Positions 1-10,975 of a DNA stretch of 64,000 nucleotides are shown one piece after another. This DNA comes from Limnothrix sp. BL-A-16. GTDB taxonomy: Bacteria > Cyanobacteriota > Cyanobacteriia > CACIAM-69d. Each line of letters starts with the position of its first letter. The first letter of the stretch is position 1. The translations under genes were made by a program, and so were the position numbers. The notes beneath the pieces are model-generated. The model was given only the letters and a program-made list of their open reading frames with translations, was not told the origin of the DNA and searched no databases. The DNA lies in contig CP166615.1 in the NCBI GenBank assembly GCA_041937175.2, forward strand, positions 1,568,001 through 1,632,000. Direction: 5' to 3'.

Positions 1-853
1 ATTGCTCATCACTAATGTTCGACTTAATCTCAATTTGGCTAAAGATTTTTCCTGTTGTCGGTGGTGCAAGGTCATGAGCTGATTTCAGAAATGCTTTTCG
101 ATAATCTTCTTGAGGAATAAGCTCTACTAACTCACCCTCAGGGTCTTGGGTTGCTGCACGAATAACAGTGAGGAATCGTTTTGTAATTTGTTCCACACGA
201 AGTTCAAGATCAGCAGCGGATATCCCAGGAATACTCAAGCTTAGCTGCTCATGAGTCTGAGGTTTGCGGACTTGAACTGAGAACTGATAACTACCTGGCA
301 CAGATTGGAAAAGCCAAGGATCGCAATATTTTTTGACATCTTGCGTCGGACCTCCACGCTTGCGAAGGGGAAGACCTAAGAGTTCTTCCGTTATTCTATA
401 AAGGTCTTTATTGATTTGATCAACTTTTCGAAGAACAAGATCTAAGGGAGCAGCACCATACAAGATATCACCCCCCTTTACAGAGACAAGCACCTCGCCT
501 TCAATAAATTCAATTCCCGATTGTAGGCGCGATTCTTCGAAACGGATAACCTGCAGTAGTTCTTCCAATTCGTCTACTGCAAAGTTAGGGAGGAGATCAG
601 TTGCCAGCCACTTGTGAGCCAGCTTTCTGGCTTGTGAAAATTCTTGAGCTTTGAGGTAAAGAGAAACAGCACTAATGGCTGTTATGCCAATTGTTCTGAT
701 TTTGCTAGAGTCGAGCTGATCCAGGGCGTTTACTTCTGCATTTGCAGCCAGACGATAAAATTCAGTAGCATGCTTACTCTCATGCTGTCTGCGCAATTCT
801 TCAGCTTGGCTTGCATACTCTTCACTTTGAGTATGGTGAACTAACCAACTCAT
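1..853 (-). CDS. Hypothetical protein, runs off the left edge of the window (MSWLVHHTQSEEYASQAEE...)
   Basis: Read by hand: ATG at 853 overlaps the TGA of the upstream ORF (ATGA, 850-853) and the frame is open to position 1. Absent from the ORF track because it has no stop in the window. Confidence 0.75.
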   Translation of the reverse strand, partial: MSWLVHHTQSEEYASQAEELRRQHESKHATEFYRLAANAEVNALDQLDSSKIRTIGITAISAVSLYLKAQEFSQARKLAHKWLATDLLPNFAVDELEELLQVIRFEESRLQSGIEFIEGEVLVSVKGGDILYGAAPLDLVLRKVDQINKDLYRITEELLGLPLRKRGGPTQDVKKYCDPWLFQSVPGSYQFSVQVRKPQTHEQLSLSIPGISAADLELRVEQITKRFLTVIRAATQDPEGELVELIPQEDYRKAFLKSAHDLAPPTTGKIFSQIEIKSNISDEQ

Positions 854-1413
854 GATTTTCCATCAACTGTTTGAAGTAGTATTAACTGCACCCGAAATCC
901 AACCACTGCTGCTAATGCAGGTAAATTACTGTTACCCTGCCTTGCTTGCTCAAGCTTAACTCGTAATCGCTTTTTGACTTCCGACTTATCTGAATGTGTC
1001 CCAGAAACTTCTAGTCGAAAACAACTCTCTAAGTCTTCTAGATCTTGGTCTGATGATGCGATATAGTAATCAGCGCCAGTACGTGTTTCTGCACGTCGCA
1101 CAGCAACCATCCCTCGTAAAAGCTCTGTAGCTGCGATTGCAACAGCATAAGCTCCATCCCTGGTCGCATCATCTACATTTGCCCAAGCTGCTTGAACTCT
1201 ACTATCTGTTACTTCCCATTCTACTTTCGCCACAGATTCTGCCTGATCGTCTCCCAAGGTAAATTCCTTAGGAGAAATATGATGTCGGTCAAGACACACC
1301 CTTGCAGCTTCAAGATAGCTGCCGGCTACCGAAGGGGTAAGAGCTTGATGGCGATCAGCCATATTTTGCAAGGGAAGAAGAGGTGGATTATTTTCAGTCA
1401 AGATGATTTCCAA
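850..1413 (-). CDS. Hypothetical protein, possible PD-(D/E)xK-type nuclease fold
   Basis: 187 aa; GADYY...RLEVSG motif spacing; AT-rich; translationally coupled to the next gene. Confidence 0.55.
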   Translation of the reverse strand: MEIILTENNPPLLPLQNMADRHQALTPSVAGSYLEAARVCLDRHHISPKEFTLGDDQAESVAKVEWEVTDSRVQAAWANVDDATRDGAYAVAIAATELLRGMVAVRRAETRTGADYYIASSDQDLEDLESCFRLEVSGTHSDKSEVKKRLRVKLEQARQGNSNLPALAAVVGFRVQLILLQTVDGKS

Positions 1414-1595
1414 AAAAATGGGGAGTGAATTCGCACTACCAAGTAGTCTAATATGCCTGACCTACTCAAAACATATTCAGAAGTATAGAAATTCGTGAAG
1501 TGATGTAATTGTTCCCACGTATAGAAAAATTTTCTTTGATCTGGCTTTTAAGTACGCAAGTCTAGCAATGATCGTCCACCATTAAACATCATCCT

Positions 1596-2126
1596 TTAAG
1601 GTTTGGCGGGTGAGGCGGGGTTGATCGCGAGTCGATCGCCCACTTTTAGACCTAACTGAGCCGATCGCCCTGCTGGTAATTCCAACACCGCATCCACCCA
1701 CAGATTCGGGCCATAACTCGGGCAGGGATCCTCGCGGCATGGCGGCACATTCGCCTCGATCGCCACCACACGCCCCTCCCGCAAAAACACCATATCCAAC
1801 GGGATCAGCGTGTTTTTCATCCAAAACCGCGCTAACCGAGCTTGCTCAAAGGGAAATAACATCCCTCGACCCGGAGCCAACGATCGCCGAAACATCAGCC
1901 CGATCGCCTGTTGCTCCGGCGTGCGAGCCACCTCCAACAAAATCTCCTGAGTCCCGATTGTGGTGCGCGCCTCGATCGGCAACTGCTGCCCGCCCGGCTC
2001 TGGTTGGCTCGCCTCCAACGGTGCACAGGCCATCAGCCCGATCGCCCCCAACACCAGGAGCGATCGCGCCAATTTGTGAGCCACCGCACCAAACAGACCA
2101 GGTTGATCGGGCGATCTCAGCGTCAT
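1596..2126 (-). CDS. DUF192 family protein, probable lipoprotein
   Basis: GLMFR, GMLF, FWMKNT and VLEL motifs; lipobox-like LMAC. Confidence 0.9.
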   Translation of the reverse strand: MTLRSPDQPGLFGAVAHKLARSLLVLGAIGLMACAPLEASQPEPGGQQLPIEARTTIGTQEILLEVARTPEQQAIGLMFRRSLAPGRGMLFPFEQARLARFWMKNTLIPLDMVFLREGRVVAIEANVPPCREDPCPSYGPNLWVDAVLELPAGRSAQLGLKVGDRLAINPASPAKP

Positions 2127-2152
2127 AACTTCAGAGCCAATCCTTGAGCGTC

Positions 2153-2824
2153 CTAGACACTCAATAATGCAGCCGTCATCGCTTGGAACAGCGCCAACCC
2201 GTCCGTATTGCCCAGCGCCGCATCGGCCGCCCGCTCCGGGTGGGGCATCATCCCCAGAACGTTGCCCCGATCGTTGCAGAGGCCCGCGATTTGGTTCAAC
2301 GAGCCATTCGGGTTGCTGCCCTCATAGCGGAACAGCACTTGGCCCTTGTCCTCAATCTCCTTCAGGGTGTCCGGATCGGCATAGTAGCGACCCTCCCCGT
2401 GGGCGATCGGTAGGTTCAGCACTTGCCCCGCCGCGTAGCTCTCCGTCCACAGGCGGGCGCTGCGTTCCACCTTCACAGCCACCCGATCGCACACAAAGTG
2501 CAAATTCTCGTTGCGAATCAGGGCCCCCGGCAGCAGCCCCGCTTCCGTGAGGATTTGGAACCCGTTGCACACGCCCAAAACCGGCTTGCCCTGATCCGCC
2601 GATTCAATCACCGATCGCATGGCCGGCGAGAACCGGGCGATCGCCCCGCAGCGCAAATAGTCGCCATAGCTGAAACCGCCGGGAATCACAATTGCATCAA
2701 GATCGCTCAGGTCGCTGTCTTGGTGCCAAACCATGCGCGTGGGCAGGCCCAATAGCCCCTGAAACACCCACTGCATATCCCGATCGCAATTGGAACCCGG
2801 AAAAACGATAACGCCAACTTTCAT
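2153..2824 (-). CDS. purQ: Phosphoribosylformylglycinamidine synthase subunit PurQ
   Basis: [25 protein letters not shown] and GMMPHPER motifs; ATG at 2824. Confidence 0.97.
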   Translation of the reverse strand: MKVGVIVFPGSNCDRDMQWVFQGLLGLPTRMVWHQDSDLSDLDAIVIPGGFSYGDYLRCGAIARFSPAMRSVIESADQGKPVLGVCNGFQILTEAGLLPGALIRNENLHFVCDRVAVKVERSARLWTESYAAGQVLNLPIAHGEGRYYADPDTLKEIEDKGQVLFRYEGSNPNGSLNQIAGLCNDRGNVLGMMPHPERAADAALGNTDGLALFQAMTAALLSV

Positions 2825-2887
2825 GGACTGGAGCAAACCCGCGACTTGCGCTCCTATCCTATCGTGCGATCGGTTAACTTTAGTTTC

Positions 2888-4384
2888 ATGCTCCTAACCG
2901 CTGACGATCTACTCTTTTTTCAGCGCTGCCCCCGGCGCGTCTTTTTGGATTTCTATGGCGATCCCAGTCGGCGCGCCCCCACCGCCGGTTTTATCCAAAA
3001 ACTCCATGACGAGAGCGATCGCCACAAGCGCGATGCGGCCCAGCAAGTTGCCGAAAAGCTGGAACTCGAACCCGTGCGGCCGCAGTTTCGCCGGGGCGAT
3101 CGGGAGGCGGGCGCGGCGGCCACCTTGGCGCTGATGGAAGCGGGGGCGGGGTTGATTGTGGGTGGCCTGTTGCGGGTCGAGGAAATCCCCGGCGTGGAGC
3201 TGGTGGGCCATCCCGATTTATTGGTGAAACGGCCGGGCCAGTCGGCCTTTGGCGATTGGATCTATGAGCCGGTGGATATTCGATTGGGCAAGAAGCCGAA
3301 GCTGGAATATCAACTGGTGGCGGCGCTCCATGCGGACTTGTTGACGATGATTCAGGGGGCGGCTCCGGCCAAGGCGGGCGTGATTTTGCGCGGGCGATCG
3401 CCCCATTGGGTGGACTTGCGGACGCGGCTGAAACAGGTGCAAGATTTGCTGGCGAACTTGATCGACCAACTGATGGAGGACGATCGGGAGCCGGAGCTGT
3501 TCATTTCCCGCAACCGCTGTTCCCTCTGCCATTGGGTGGGGGACTGCACCGATCGGGCACGGCAAACCAAGCACCTGTCGCTGATCCCCGGTGTGACTCC
3601 CGCCCGCTACCGGGTGTTGGAGCGACTGAAGATCCAGACGATCGAGCAGTTGGCGGCCACACCGGTCGATCGGCTCCAAGCATTTCCCGAGTTCGACGGT
3701 GCGGCGGAGGCGGTGTTGCTGCAAACCCGCGCCACCTTGACCCAGCAACCGATCGCCCTGGCCGTTCGTGAGGCTTGGTCGCCCGATCGCCTACCCGTTG
3801 CCCCGGTGGAACTCTATTTCGACATCGAAGCGGAGCCGGATATTTCTCTGGATTATTTGTTAGGGGTGTTGGTGGTGGATCGATCGCAACCGGAGCCGAC
3901 CTTTCACCGATTTCTAGCAGAAACTCCCGAGGATGAGCAGCGAATTTGGGGGGAATTTTTGGCGCTGGTCGATCGCTACCCGACCGCACCAATTTTCCAC
4001 TTTTGTGAGTATGAGCGGGATGCGAGCAAGCGCCTGGCCAAGCTCTACGGGTTAAGTGCTCAGCGGCTGGAATCCCTGCTCGATCGGTTTGTGGATGTCC
4101 ATGCTTGGGTGACGCAAACGGTGGTGTTGCCGGTGGAAGGCTATGCCCTGAAGCAAATCGCGGGCTATTTGGGGTTTGAGTGGCGCGATCGCACGGCCAA
4201 TGGCTCCCAAGCGGTCTATTGGTACGATAAGTGGCTGAAAACGGGCGATCGTTCCTATTTAGAGGCGATCGTCACTTACAACGAGGACGATTGTTTGGCC
4301 ACCTATCGGGTCAAACATTGGCTCGAACAATTCCATCAACAGCAATTAGAACTGCGATCAGAACTCGTTGATCTAGCGGTGTAG
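2888..4384 (+). CDS. TM0106 family RecB-like nuclease with C-terminal RNase H-like domain
   Basis: CPRR, GHPDLL, CSLCHW, YFDIE and YNEDDC motifs. Confidence 0.88.
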   Translation: MLLTADDLLFFQRCPRRVFLDFYGDPSRRAPTAGFIQKLHDESDRHKRDAAQQVAEKLELEPVRPQFRRGDREAGAAATLALMEAGAGLIVGGLLRVEEIPGVELVGHPDLLVKRPGQSAFGDWIYEPVDIRLGKKPKLEYQLVAALHADLLTMIQGAAPAKAGVILRGRSPHWVDLRTRLKQVQDLLANLIDQLMEDDREPELFISRNRCSLCHWVGDCTDRARQTKHLSLIPGVTPARYRVLERLKIQTIEQLAATPVDRLQAFPEFDGAAEAVLLQTRATLTQQPIALAVREAWSPDRLPVAPVELYFDIEAEPDISLDYLLGVLVVDRSQPEPTFHRFLAETPEDEQRIWGEFLALVDRYPTAPIFHFCEYERDASKRLAKLYGLSAQRLESLLDRFVDVHAWVTQTVVLPVEGYALKQIAGYLGFEWRDRTANGSQAVYWYDKWLKTGDRSYLEAIVTYNEDDCLATYRVKHWLEQFHQQQLELRSELVDLAV

Positions 4385-4416
4385 AAACTATCGCAGTGAG
4401 CCAGTGATGACCATGC

Positions 4417-7400
4417 CTATCTTGACTGAAAAGAGTTAGGCCACGAGTAGGTCTCTTGCTTCACGGCCTCATAATTAACATTCAATTGGGGTTCCAAGAA
4501 CAACAGGGCTGCAATCCGCCGAGCCATGTTGCTAACTTCCTGAACTTCTTCTCGTTTCAAGGGACGGCCAAGCAACGGCTCTTCTCGATAACTCAGCCAT
4601 TTTTTAATGACTTGATATCCCCCGATCGTATAATTCCACACGCGATCGGGAATATTTTTCCAGTAAGCAACATCATTCAAATAAATGTCATAGGTCATGG
4701 ATCCCAGGACAGATTGATCAGAGTCATTCAGCCGCTCCTGAAATTTGCCCTCTCCAGGCATAATTGCTCCCTTTTTCAAATATCCCCACCCACCCAATAG
4801 GGCTAAATCAGTCTCCGGATTCAATTGACCACCACCCACCTTAGAGATCACGGCAATGCTGCGTAAATGAGGATCAAGCTTCCCAGTTGTTATGCCATCA
4901 ACCTTTGTTTCTGTATCCAAATAACTGGCGATTTGCCGACCTAGGCTTGCAGAAGCCAGCAATAGTTCTCGGCTCTTAGGGAGCGGAATTCTTGGCCAGT
5001 TTTGTTGAATTCCATCAGCATTCTCTTGTAAATAAGTCGATGAGTATCCGATCGCCAAGGTGTGCATCCAAATCAACTGAGAAGTTTCAGCATCATGGTC
5101 AGGGTTTGGCAATCCTAAATCGGCTAAGTATTGACGAGCAGGATCAGAAAGATTTGCAAAGGGCTGATCAACTTCGGGTTTTTCGTCCAAAAAATTTAAG
5201 ATGCTTAACTGCTGTTGACGACGCAGCCTCGCTCCATTCATTAATTGCAACGGGAAATAGTAGGCATGACCTTTTAGAGAATCATTATCTCCAAGCAAGC
5301 GAGTAAAAAAGAATGGGTAACCTTCTGGACTGGCTACTCCGGCAGGTCGAGTCACTAAAAAGGAGTTGCCAGGCCAACATTGTTTCCAAAGAAAAGGACG
5401 CGGCTCATTCCAAATTGGTCGAGTTCCTGTGTAATAGCACCATCGAACTTCAAAAGGGCGAATAGAGTAACGAATTAAGTGACGTGACCGAAATCGTTCG
5501 ATTAATAACACTTTTTTCCTGGTTACTTTAGGATTAAACCGAGATTGTGGCTTGACAAGCCCATAGTTGAGTGACTTGTAAGCTTCCCAATCTAAATCGG
5601 GATTGAAATAGGCTTGCATCCGTTGTTCTAAAGCATCCTGATCAATATCAATCAATGCACCACTCCGCTTCTCCATCAATCCATTACTGGGGGAAACGGC
5701 ACAAAAATCACGAACTTTCGCCCACTCTAGATAATGCGGCTCAATTTTAGCAGGATAGAACGAGAACCGAGTTTCACGAATCGGATGGGTGATAGTGTAT
5801 TGTTTAGCGAAATTCTTCGCCTGCAAACTCTTCAGCAGATCTTCCCGCTTATTAACACCCCAAAAATGTCGGAAGCGCGTCACAGGTTTTGGGCTTTGCA
5901 AGCCTGTTTGGATCATCAGGGCGATCGCAGTACCTTTTTTGATACCTTCACGGTTGTAATGTGTTGAAAAAATGGAAGGATCAGGTTCGCCTTCTGGTGT
6001 AAGCTTTTTAGTTTCACGGCTATCACCATTCAAACAATCAATCCATAGCTGATCAAACGTTTGGAGAAATTGCTGGCGCATCACCACATAGGATGGATAT
6101 CTCAAATAGGAGAAATTTGAGATAAAACAAACTACACCCCTAGGGATTGCTTGCTTAGAAATACAACACTCAGCGACTCGAAAAAATCGGACATAAAGAT
6201 CATCTAAGTTGAATTTCTTGATGCCCCACTGATCAATCAGTCCTTTTTTATAAACTTCAACCAGCCCTTCTTCTTCCTTAGGACTCACACCGGCATAGGC
6301 ATTGTAGGGAGGATTTCCCAACACAACTAAAATGGGTTTACCTCGTTTAATTTCATCAGCCGCTTCTCGTTCTGCTTGCAATTCAGGATAGTTGATCGTT
6401 AATTGCTGAAATTTTTGTTTTGTTACATCATTCGGCGGCTCCCAGCCTGTCAGTGCATTGGTTAGATATACACCCACCCGTTCGCGATCGCCCTGCAACG
6501 ATGCACCCATGCTTTGCAATACGAGTCCCAGTTGCAAATGAGCCACAACGAATGGAGCCGTTAGGATTTCAAATCCAAAGACGCGATTTTTAGCCGCTTC
6601 TTTGAGATCAATCCCCACCAGAGCATTATCTCCTTTCTCGATTAAGGTTTGATGAATTCGCTTCAAAACCTCAACTAAAAATGCTCCAGTTCCACAGCAA
6701 GGATCAAGAATATAAACATTCTCATCAGCCAACCCATCTACAATGCCAAGTTCTTCCCTGAGAGCCGTATCAACCCTCGCCACCATGTATTGCACAATTT
6801 CTGGTGGCGTATACCAAACGCCCAGATCCTTGCGTAATTTCGGATCAAAAGCCTTCAAAAAGGGTTCATAGAAATATTGAACGGCTTGCCCTTCATCAAA
6901 TTGAGTAAAGAAAGCGGCACGATCGACTCGGTTCAGCACCTCTCCAGCCCAATCCAGCACTTCAACCAAATCTAAGCGGCCCAAGTTCGTGGGTGTCGCT
7001 ACTTTTTCAAACAAAGCTTTAACCATTGGGACATGGAGCGACCAAGCGGCTGTTTGCCAATCAAAGTAACCGCGCCTTGCCCCCTGCTTATGCCACAAAA
7101 CCCAAGCCGAAAAAATTCCGTAAAACAGTGTCTGAATCAGTGTTGATTTAAAAAAGTGATCCCCTTTTTGATCTTGAAACTGAATCCCTAAAGCATCTTC
7201 TAAAGCAGTACGAACTGCTTTTAACGCAGGAAGATCAGACTTGCCAATTCTCGCCCTTGCATCCTTAGCATAGGATGCTAAAAACCAGGCTAAGTCTTGA
7301 GGAGAGGTGATTACTGCTTTTTGCAGCATCACGCGCTTTAAATATTCATTAATTTGCTCTTCATGCTCTTGAGCAAATGCGCGAGGATTTTGTGCTTTTT

Positions 7401-7854
7401 GCCAAAATTCTTTTTCATTGGCAGCTAGCCGATAGGTTTCCAATGTAATAGGTTGACCGTTACTATCCTGTCCAATCAAAACAAAATCACGATAGTTGGT
7501 CACTAAAACTTGTCGATACTTATCCCAATATTTGGCTACTTGCTGAGTGGCTGATGTCACCCAGGCATCATCTCCGGTGCTCTTAACCTCGATCACCCCT
7601 CGCTCTGGATTTTGTGGATCGCTTGGTTGTTCACCCAGTTGGCGCTGATATTGCCGTGCCGTGAACAGACCACCATCGGGCATCCCCGCTCCCAGATTTT
7701 TGAGCTGCATGAAACAGCGAACTTTAGGTTTTAGTGTTCCCCCGATCGCATTGAGTAAGTTGACTAATGGAGTGTAATAGGAGGTTTCTTTGACAGTCGC
7801 TCCTGTTGCACGAATATCTCTTAACTCTTGGATATATTGTTCAAAGTGTCCCAT
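4417..7854 (-). CDS. Single-polypeptide restriction-modification enzyme (N6-adenine MTase plus type ISP-like C-terminal specificity region; type IIG/ISP-like)
   Basis: N-terminal PD...IEVK nuclease motif; GVWYTP, LDPCCGTG and GNPPY; C-terminal YTIGGYQVIKKWLSYR. Confidence 0.85.
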   Translation of the reverse strand: MGHFEQYIQELRDIRATGATVKETSYYTPLVNLLNAIGGTLKPKVRCFMQLKNLGAGMPDGGLFTARQYQRQLGEQPSDPQNPERGVIEVKSTGDDAWVTSATQQVAKYWDKYRQVLVTNYRDFVLIGQDSNGQPITLETYRLAANEKEFWQKAQNPRAFAQEHEEQINEYLKRVMLQKAVITSPQDLAWFLASYAKDARARIGKSDLPALKAVRTALEDALGIQFQDQKGDHFFKSTLIQTLFYGIFSAWVLWHKQGARRGYFDWQTAAWSLHVPMVKALFEKVATPTNLGRLDLVEVLDWAGEVLNRVDRAAFFTQFDEGQAVQYFYEPFLKAFDPKLRKDLGVWYTPPEIVQYMVARVDTALREELGIVDGLADENVYILDPCCGTGAFLVEVLKRIHQTLIEKGDNALVGIDLKEAAKNRVFGFEILTAPFVVAHLQLGLVLQSMGASLQGDRERVGVYLTNALTGWEPPNDVTKQKFQQLTINYPELQAEREAADEIKRGKPILVVLGNPPYNAYAGVSPKEEEGLVEVYKKGLIDQWGIKKFNLDDLYVRFFRVAECCISKQAIPRGVVCFISNFSYLRYPSYVVMRQQFLQTFDQLWIDCLNGDSRETKKLTPEGEPDPSIFSTHYNREGIKKGTAIALMIQTGLQSPKPVTRFRHFWGVNKREDLLKSLQAKNFAKQYTITHPIRETRFSFYPAKIEPHYLEWAKVRDFCAVSPSNGLMEKRSGALIDIDQDALEQRMQAYFNPDLDWEAYKSLNYGLVKPQSRFNPKVTRKKVLLIERFRSRHLIRYSIRPFEVRWCYYTGTRPIWNEPRPFLWKQCWPGNSFLVTRPAGVASPEGYPFFFTRLLGDNDSLKGHAYYFPLQLMNGARLRRQQQLSILNFLDEKPEVDQPFANLSDPARQYLADLGLPNPDHDAETSQLIWMHTLAIGYSSTYLQENADGIQQNWPRIPLPKSRELLLASASLGRQIASYLDTETKVDGITTGKLDPHLRSIAVISKVGGGQLNPETDLALLGGWGYLKKGAIMPGEGKFQERLNDSDQSVLGSMTYDIYLNDVAYWKNIPDRVWNYTIGGYQVIKKWLSYREEPLLGRPLKREEVQEVSNMARRIAALLFLEPQLNVNYEAVKQETYSWPNSFQSR

Positions 7855-7894
7855 GTCGATCAAGTTTCCGTAGTTAAAGTTGATGATTTGATAT

Positions 7895-8011
7895 TAAAGC
7901 CCTTACCTCACTTAATAAGTACAGCGGACTGTAGGGTGAGCAATGTCCACCGACTAACAGCTTCGTATCATCTGCGATCTGACGTACCAATCGTTTGAGG
8001 TAAAGCCTGTA
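7895..8011. mobile_element. MITE-like element family A, copy 1 (117 bp)
   Basis: Near-identical to 45980-46096; imperfect terminal IRs (AGCCCTTACCTC...GAGGTAAAGCCT); internal GTAGGGTGAGCAATGTCCACC REP-like hairpin. Confidence 0.75.
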
Positions 8012-8103
8012 ATTAGAGTTGATATTGATTTTTAAAGGTTAAGAATTCCGAGGATATTCAACACAAAACAAAATGAGAAGATACCAAAGTCTTTCTGTCC
8101 AAG

Positions 8104-8715
8104 CTAATTCATTTTAGAACACTGAAGACTCGTGGCGAAAATCCAGTCGATCGCCCCCATCAGCTCAGACAATCGATCGAGTGTGTAGCCCGTCGGGTGT
8201 TTTGTGAAGGTTTCCCCGTACAGCCGCCCAAATTCCCATAACTTCCCGTTGGACACCATGCCAAACAACGGGCGATCGCCCTCTTGGTTCAACCGTTGCG
8301 CCGCCCACAGCTCCGCCAAACATTGACCCCAGCCCGCCTCAAAATCATCCCGCTTGGCCTCAACCACAATCAAATAGGGCTGCTCAAACACTACCTTTCC
8401 TCGGGGCGATCGCCTAGCCACCACATAATCCGGCGTACCCGATAGCTCATCGCTGTAGCGCAGCGGTTGATGACTCCAAATCAGCAACTCACCCACATAC
8501 GATCGCCACACTTCCGTCAAAATGGGCGAGATAATATTTTCGCAAATTGCATATTCCGAATTGAAAACCATCCCTTCGGTCAAAACCAGTTGCAAGCGAT
8601 CTATAAAGCTGGGATCGATCGCTAGGGCATGATGTTCAAGGAAAGATGCTTCCTGATAAGTCATCGGGAACTCTGCCAAAACATCCGCGACGGTTTTGTA
8701 CTGTGTGAATGACAT
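8104..8715 (-). CDS. Conserved cyanobacterial hypothetical protein, HsdR-N/PD-(D/E)xK-like
   Basis: GTPDY...VVEAKRDDFEAGWGQCLAEL; VSNGKLWEF. Confidence 0.7.
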   Translation of the reverse strand: MSFTQYKTVADVLAEFPMTYQEASFLEHHALAIDPSFIDRLQLVLTEGMVFNSEYAICENIISPILTEVWRSYVGELLIWSHQPLRYSDELSGTPDYVVARRSPRGKVVFEQPYLIVVEAKRDDFEAGWGQCLAELWAAQRLNQEGDRPLFGMVSNGKLWEFGRLYGETFTKHPTGYTLDRLSELMGAIDWIFATSLQCSKMN

Positions 8716-8877
8716 GATTAGGATTGAAATTGGATGGAATTTTAGAATCAGGAAAGTGCTTTTAGAATTTTGGTTTAATACAATAAATTTCCCGATCGAT
8801 GATTGAGAACTCAACCACCGTATCGGGAATTATCTGGAGCTGAATGATCACTGGGGCAACCCGCTTGACGGATTTTG

Positions 8878-9567
8878 TTAGCTTGAGCGTGCCTGATCCA
8901 ACAAAGCAACCAAATCGTTTTTCTTGGGATTCGGCTTGCTCGCCAGACCATGCAACCGCACCAGATCCTTGAGTTCTTTGACCTTCAAAGACTTCAATAC
9001 TGATAATTCTGGAATGGGTGGCAATGGCGGCGGCGTAATGTAAAAAACGCGCTCTAAATAGTCCAGCTTTGGCCCCTTGGTGATGCCGCACTTCAGCTTT
9101 GTGATTGGCTCCAAGTCTGACCAAGTTTCTCGGGGGGCTTCGCTGATCCGGGGAGCTGCGAGCTGTACTTTCAAGGTTTTGAGCGGTGTGTCTGGCTGAC
9201 TCACCACATATTCCAGTGCTTCAACAATTTGGTCATAGGATGCAGAGCTAAGGTTAATGCGGGGTGCAATTTCTTGCGACAAAACCCGCGCCACCTCGAT
9301 CGCGAGTTCGCTATCTTCCGCCACCACGCACCAAATGCGATCGAGTCCGGCTTCTGCGGCTGCTGAATAAACAAAAGAGTTGCCGATCACTTCATAGTCA
9401 TATTCAGGGTCTTGAATTTCTCGAACCACCACGGGCAACCAGTTTGATCCGCCCGATCGCGTCAGAATGTCTGCTGCTCCTTGCACCAAAAAGCTAGGCG
9501 CGGCTGTGGGCAACCCAGACCGAACTTTGTGCATCCAAAGATGCATCAGATTCCCAACATTGCTCAT
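8878..9567 (-). CDS. ParB-N-like protein with C-terminal Rho_N/SAP-like helical domain
   Basis: NWLPVVVR...YEVIGN resembles ParB/Srx; C-terminal LKVKELKDL...KKNDLV; ATGA overlap with the upstream ParA gene. Confidence 0.65.
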   Translation of the reverse strand: MSNVGNLMHLWMHKVRSGLPTAAPSFLVQGAADILTRSGGSNWLPVVVREIQDPEYDYEVIGNSFVYSAAAEAGLDRIWCVVAEDSELAIEVARVLSQEIAPRINLSSASYDQIVEALEYVVSQPDTPLKTLKVQLAAPRISEAPRETWSDLEPITKLKCGITKGPKLDYLERVFYITPPPLPPIPELSVLKSLKVKELKDLVRLHGLASKPNPKKNDLVALLDQARSS

Positions 9568-10940
9568 TGGATGAAGTACTCCTTGGCAAGATTCAGGTAA
9601 TAGTCACGAGCGGTTTTGTGGGCGTAGACTGCTGGCAAGCGCGAGAAGCTGGCTCCAGAAATTTCGGCATGATTTTCCAGCTCAAAAACCCGATAGTCTT
9701 TTCGAGCATTGGTCAATCGTGGAAAAAAGTAGGGTGTAAGGTCAAATTTATAGTCTTTCTTATGGCGTGCAATTAACTCTTCTAGGTAAACTCGCACGCG
9801 CTGGTGCTGAGAATTGGAGAGTTTTTCGCCATTGAAGAAAATCGGAAGGGCGATCGGGCCGCCATCTTGTCGCTTGGCCTGAATGGCTGGAAAGAATTCG
9901 CGAATGGCTTCGGCGGCGTTGTCGATCGAGTAGACATTGTTGGGCTTGACTGGCATCAAGATCACATCGGACGCATAAACCGCCTCTTGGCTGAAATATT
10001 GCCAGTTGGGTGGTGAATCAATAAAGATATAGTCATACTCAGAACGCAGGGAGTCGATGGCTTTCTTGAGCTTGTGATAGCCAATTTTACGAATCAAATC
10101 GTTGATGTCAATGCCCTTGCTATTCGGGTCATCGGTTTTGAGATCTTCAACTTTTGGGGCGGGTAGGATGTCAATGCCATACTCTTTGTTGGCTTTCTTA
10201 TCGAGCTTGCGATAGGTCGCGATCGCCTCATGAATATCAAGTCGATCGTCATCTAAGCAATCAAACAGGGTTGGCGATTGACTGGTCACCTCCAGGGTTT
10301 CTGTTAAGTCCCGTTGGTTTGGGTCAAAATCAATCACCAAGGTTGAATAGCCAATGAAGTTGAGAAGGCTGGCTAGGTTAATGGTGGTGGTGGTTTTGCC
10401 TACGCCGCCTTTGTTGTTGTAAACCGCAACCACCAAGGCGCGGGAAGGTTGGCGCAACAGGGGAGCAATCTGGTCATGAACCACTTGATCGATCGTTTCG
10501 GGTTTGATTTCCAAGCAGGGAGTTGCTGGAAAAATCACCTTATGGTGCTTCCGAAAAAGTTGCATGTGGACTGAATTGATGATCAATCCCCATTGAGCGT
10601 TTTTGCATTTGGGTGCTAGCAGATAGCGCCGCAATTGATTGAAAGTCGATCGATATTGCGGCGTGCCATAGCTTAAATTGCTATCGGTTCCCTTCGCTTC
10701 CACCAGAAAGTAGGGATCCACGGGAGATTGAATAAACGATCGCCCTTCTGAGTCGTCATAGCGTGCGGCAAAGTCAACGTGATCTGCACCCTGGCCCGTG
10801 GCGAATTGGGGAATTCGTTTTTGCTTGTCGAACCCCAAGACATCCATCAGAGCGTCAACAAAGTTCTGGATGACAATTGCCTCAGGAGCGGGAGCGGGCA
10901 CAGTGCGGAGTGCTTGAGCTAGGACTGGTTCATTTGCCAT
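9564..10940 (-). CDS. ParA family ATPase fused to an N-terminal HsdR-N-like nuclease domain
   Basis: KGGVGKTT deviant Walker A, DFDPNQ, IDSPP; N-terminal VDFA...VEAK...QLRRYL. Confidence 0.8.
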   Translation of the reverse strand: MANEPVLAQALRTVPAPAPEAIVIQNFVDALMDVLGFDKQKRIPQFATGQGADHVDFAARYDDSEGRSFIQSPVDPYFLVEAKGTDSNLSYGTPQYRSTFNQLRRYLLAPKCKNAQWGLIINSVHMQLFRKHHKVIFPATPCLEIKPETIDQVVHDQIAPLLRQPSRALVVAVYNNKGGVGKTTTTINLASLLNFIGYSTLVIDFDPNQRDLTETLEVTSQSPTLFDCLDDDRLDIHEAIATYRKLDKKANKEYGIDILPAPKVEDLKTDDPNSKGIDINDLIRKIGYHKLKKAIDSLRSEYDYIFIDSPPNWQYFSQEAVYASDVILMPVKPNNVYSIDNAAEAIREFFPAIQAKRQDGGPIALPIFFNGEKLSNSQHQRVRVYLEELIARHKKDYKFDLTPYFFPRLTNARKDYRVFELENHAEISGASFSRLPAVYAHKTARDYYLNLAKEYFIQ

Positions 10941-10975
10941 AGGACAGTCAAGGAAGTTCGATCGCCCATATCATC

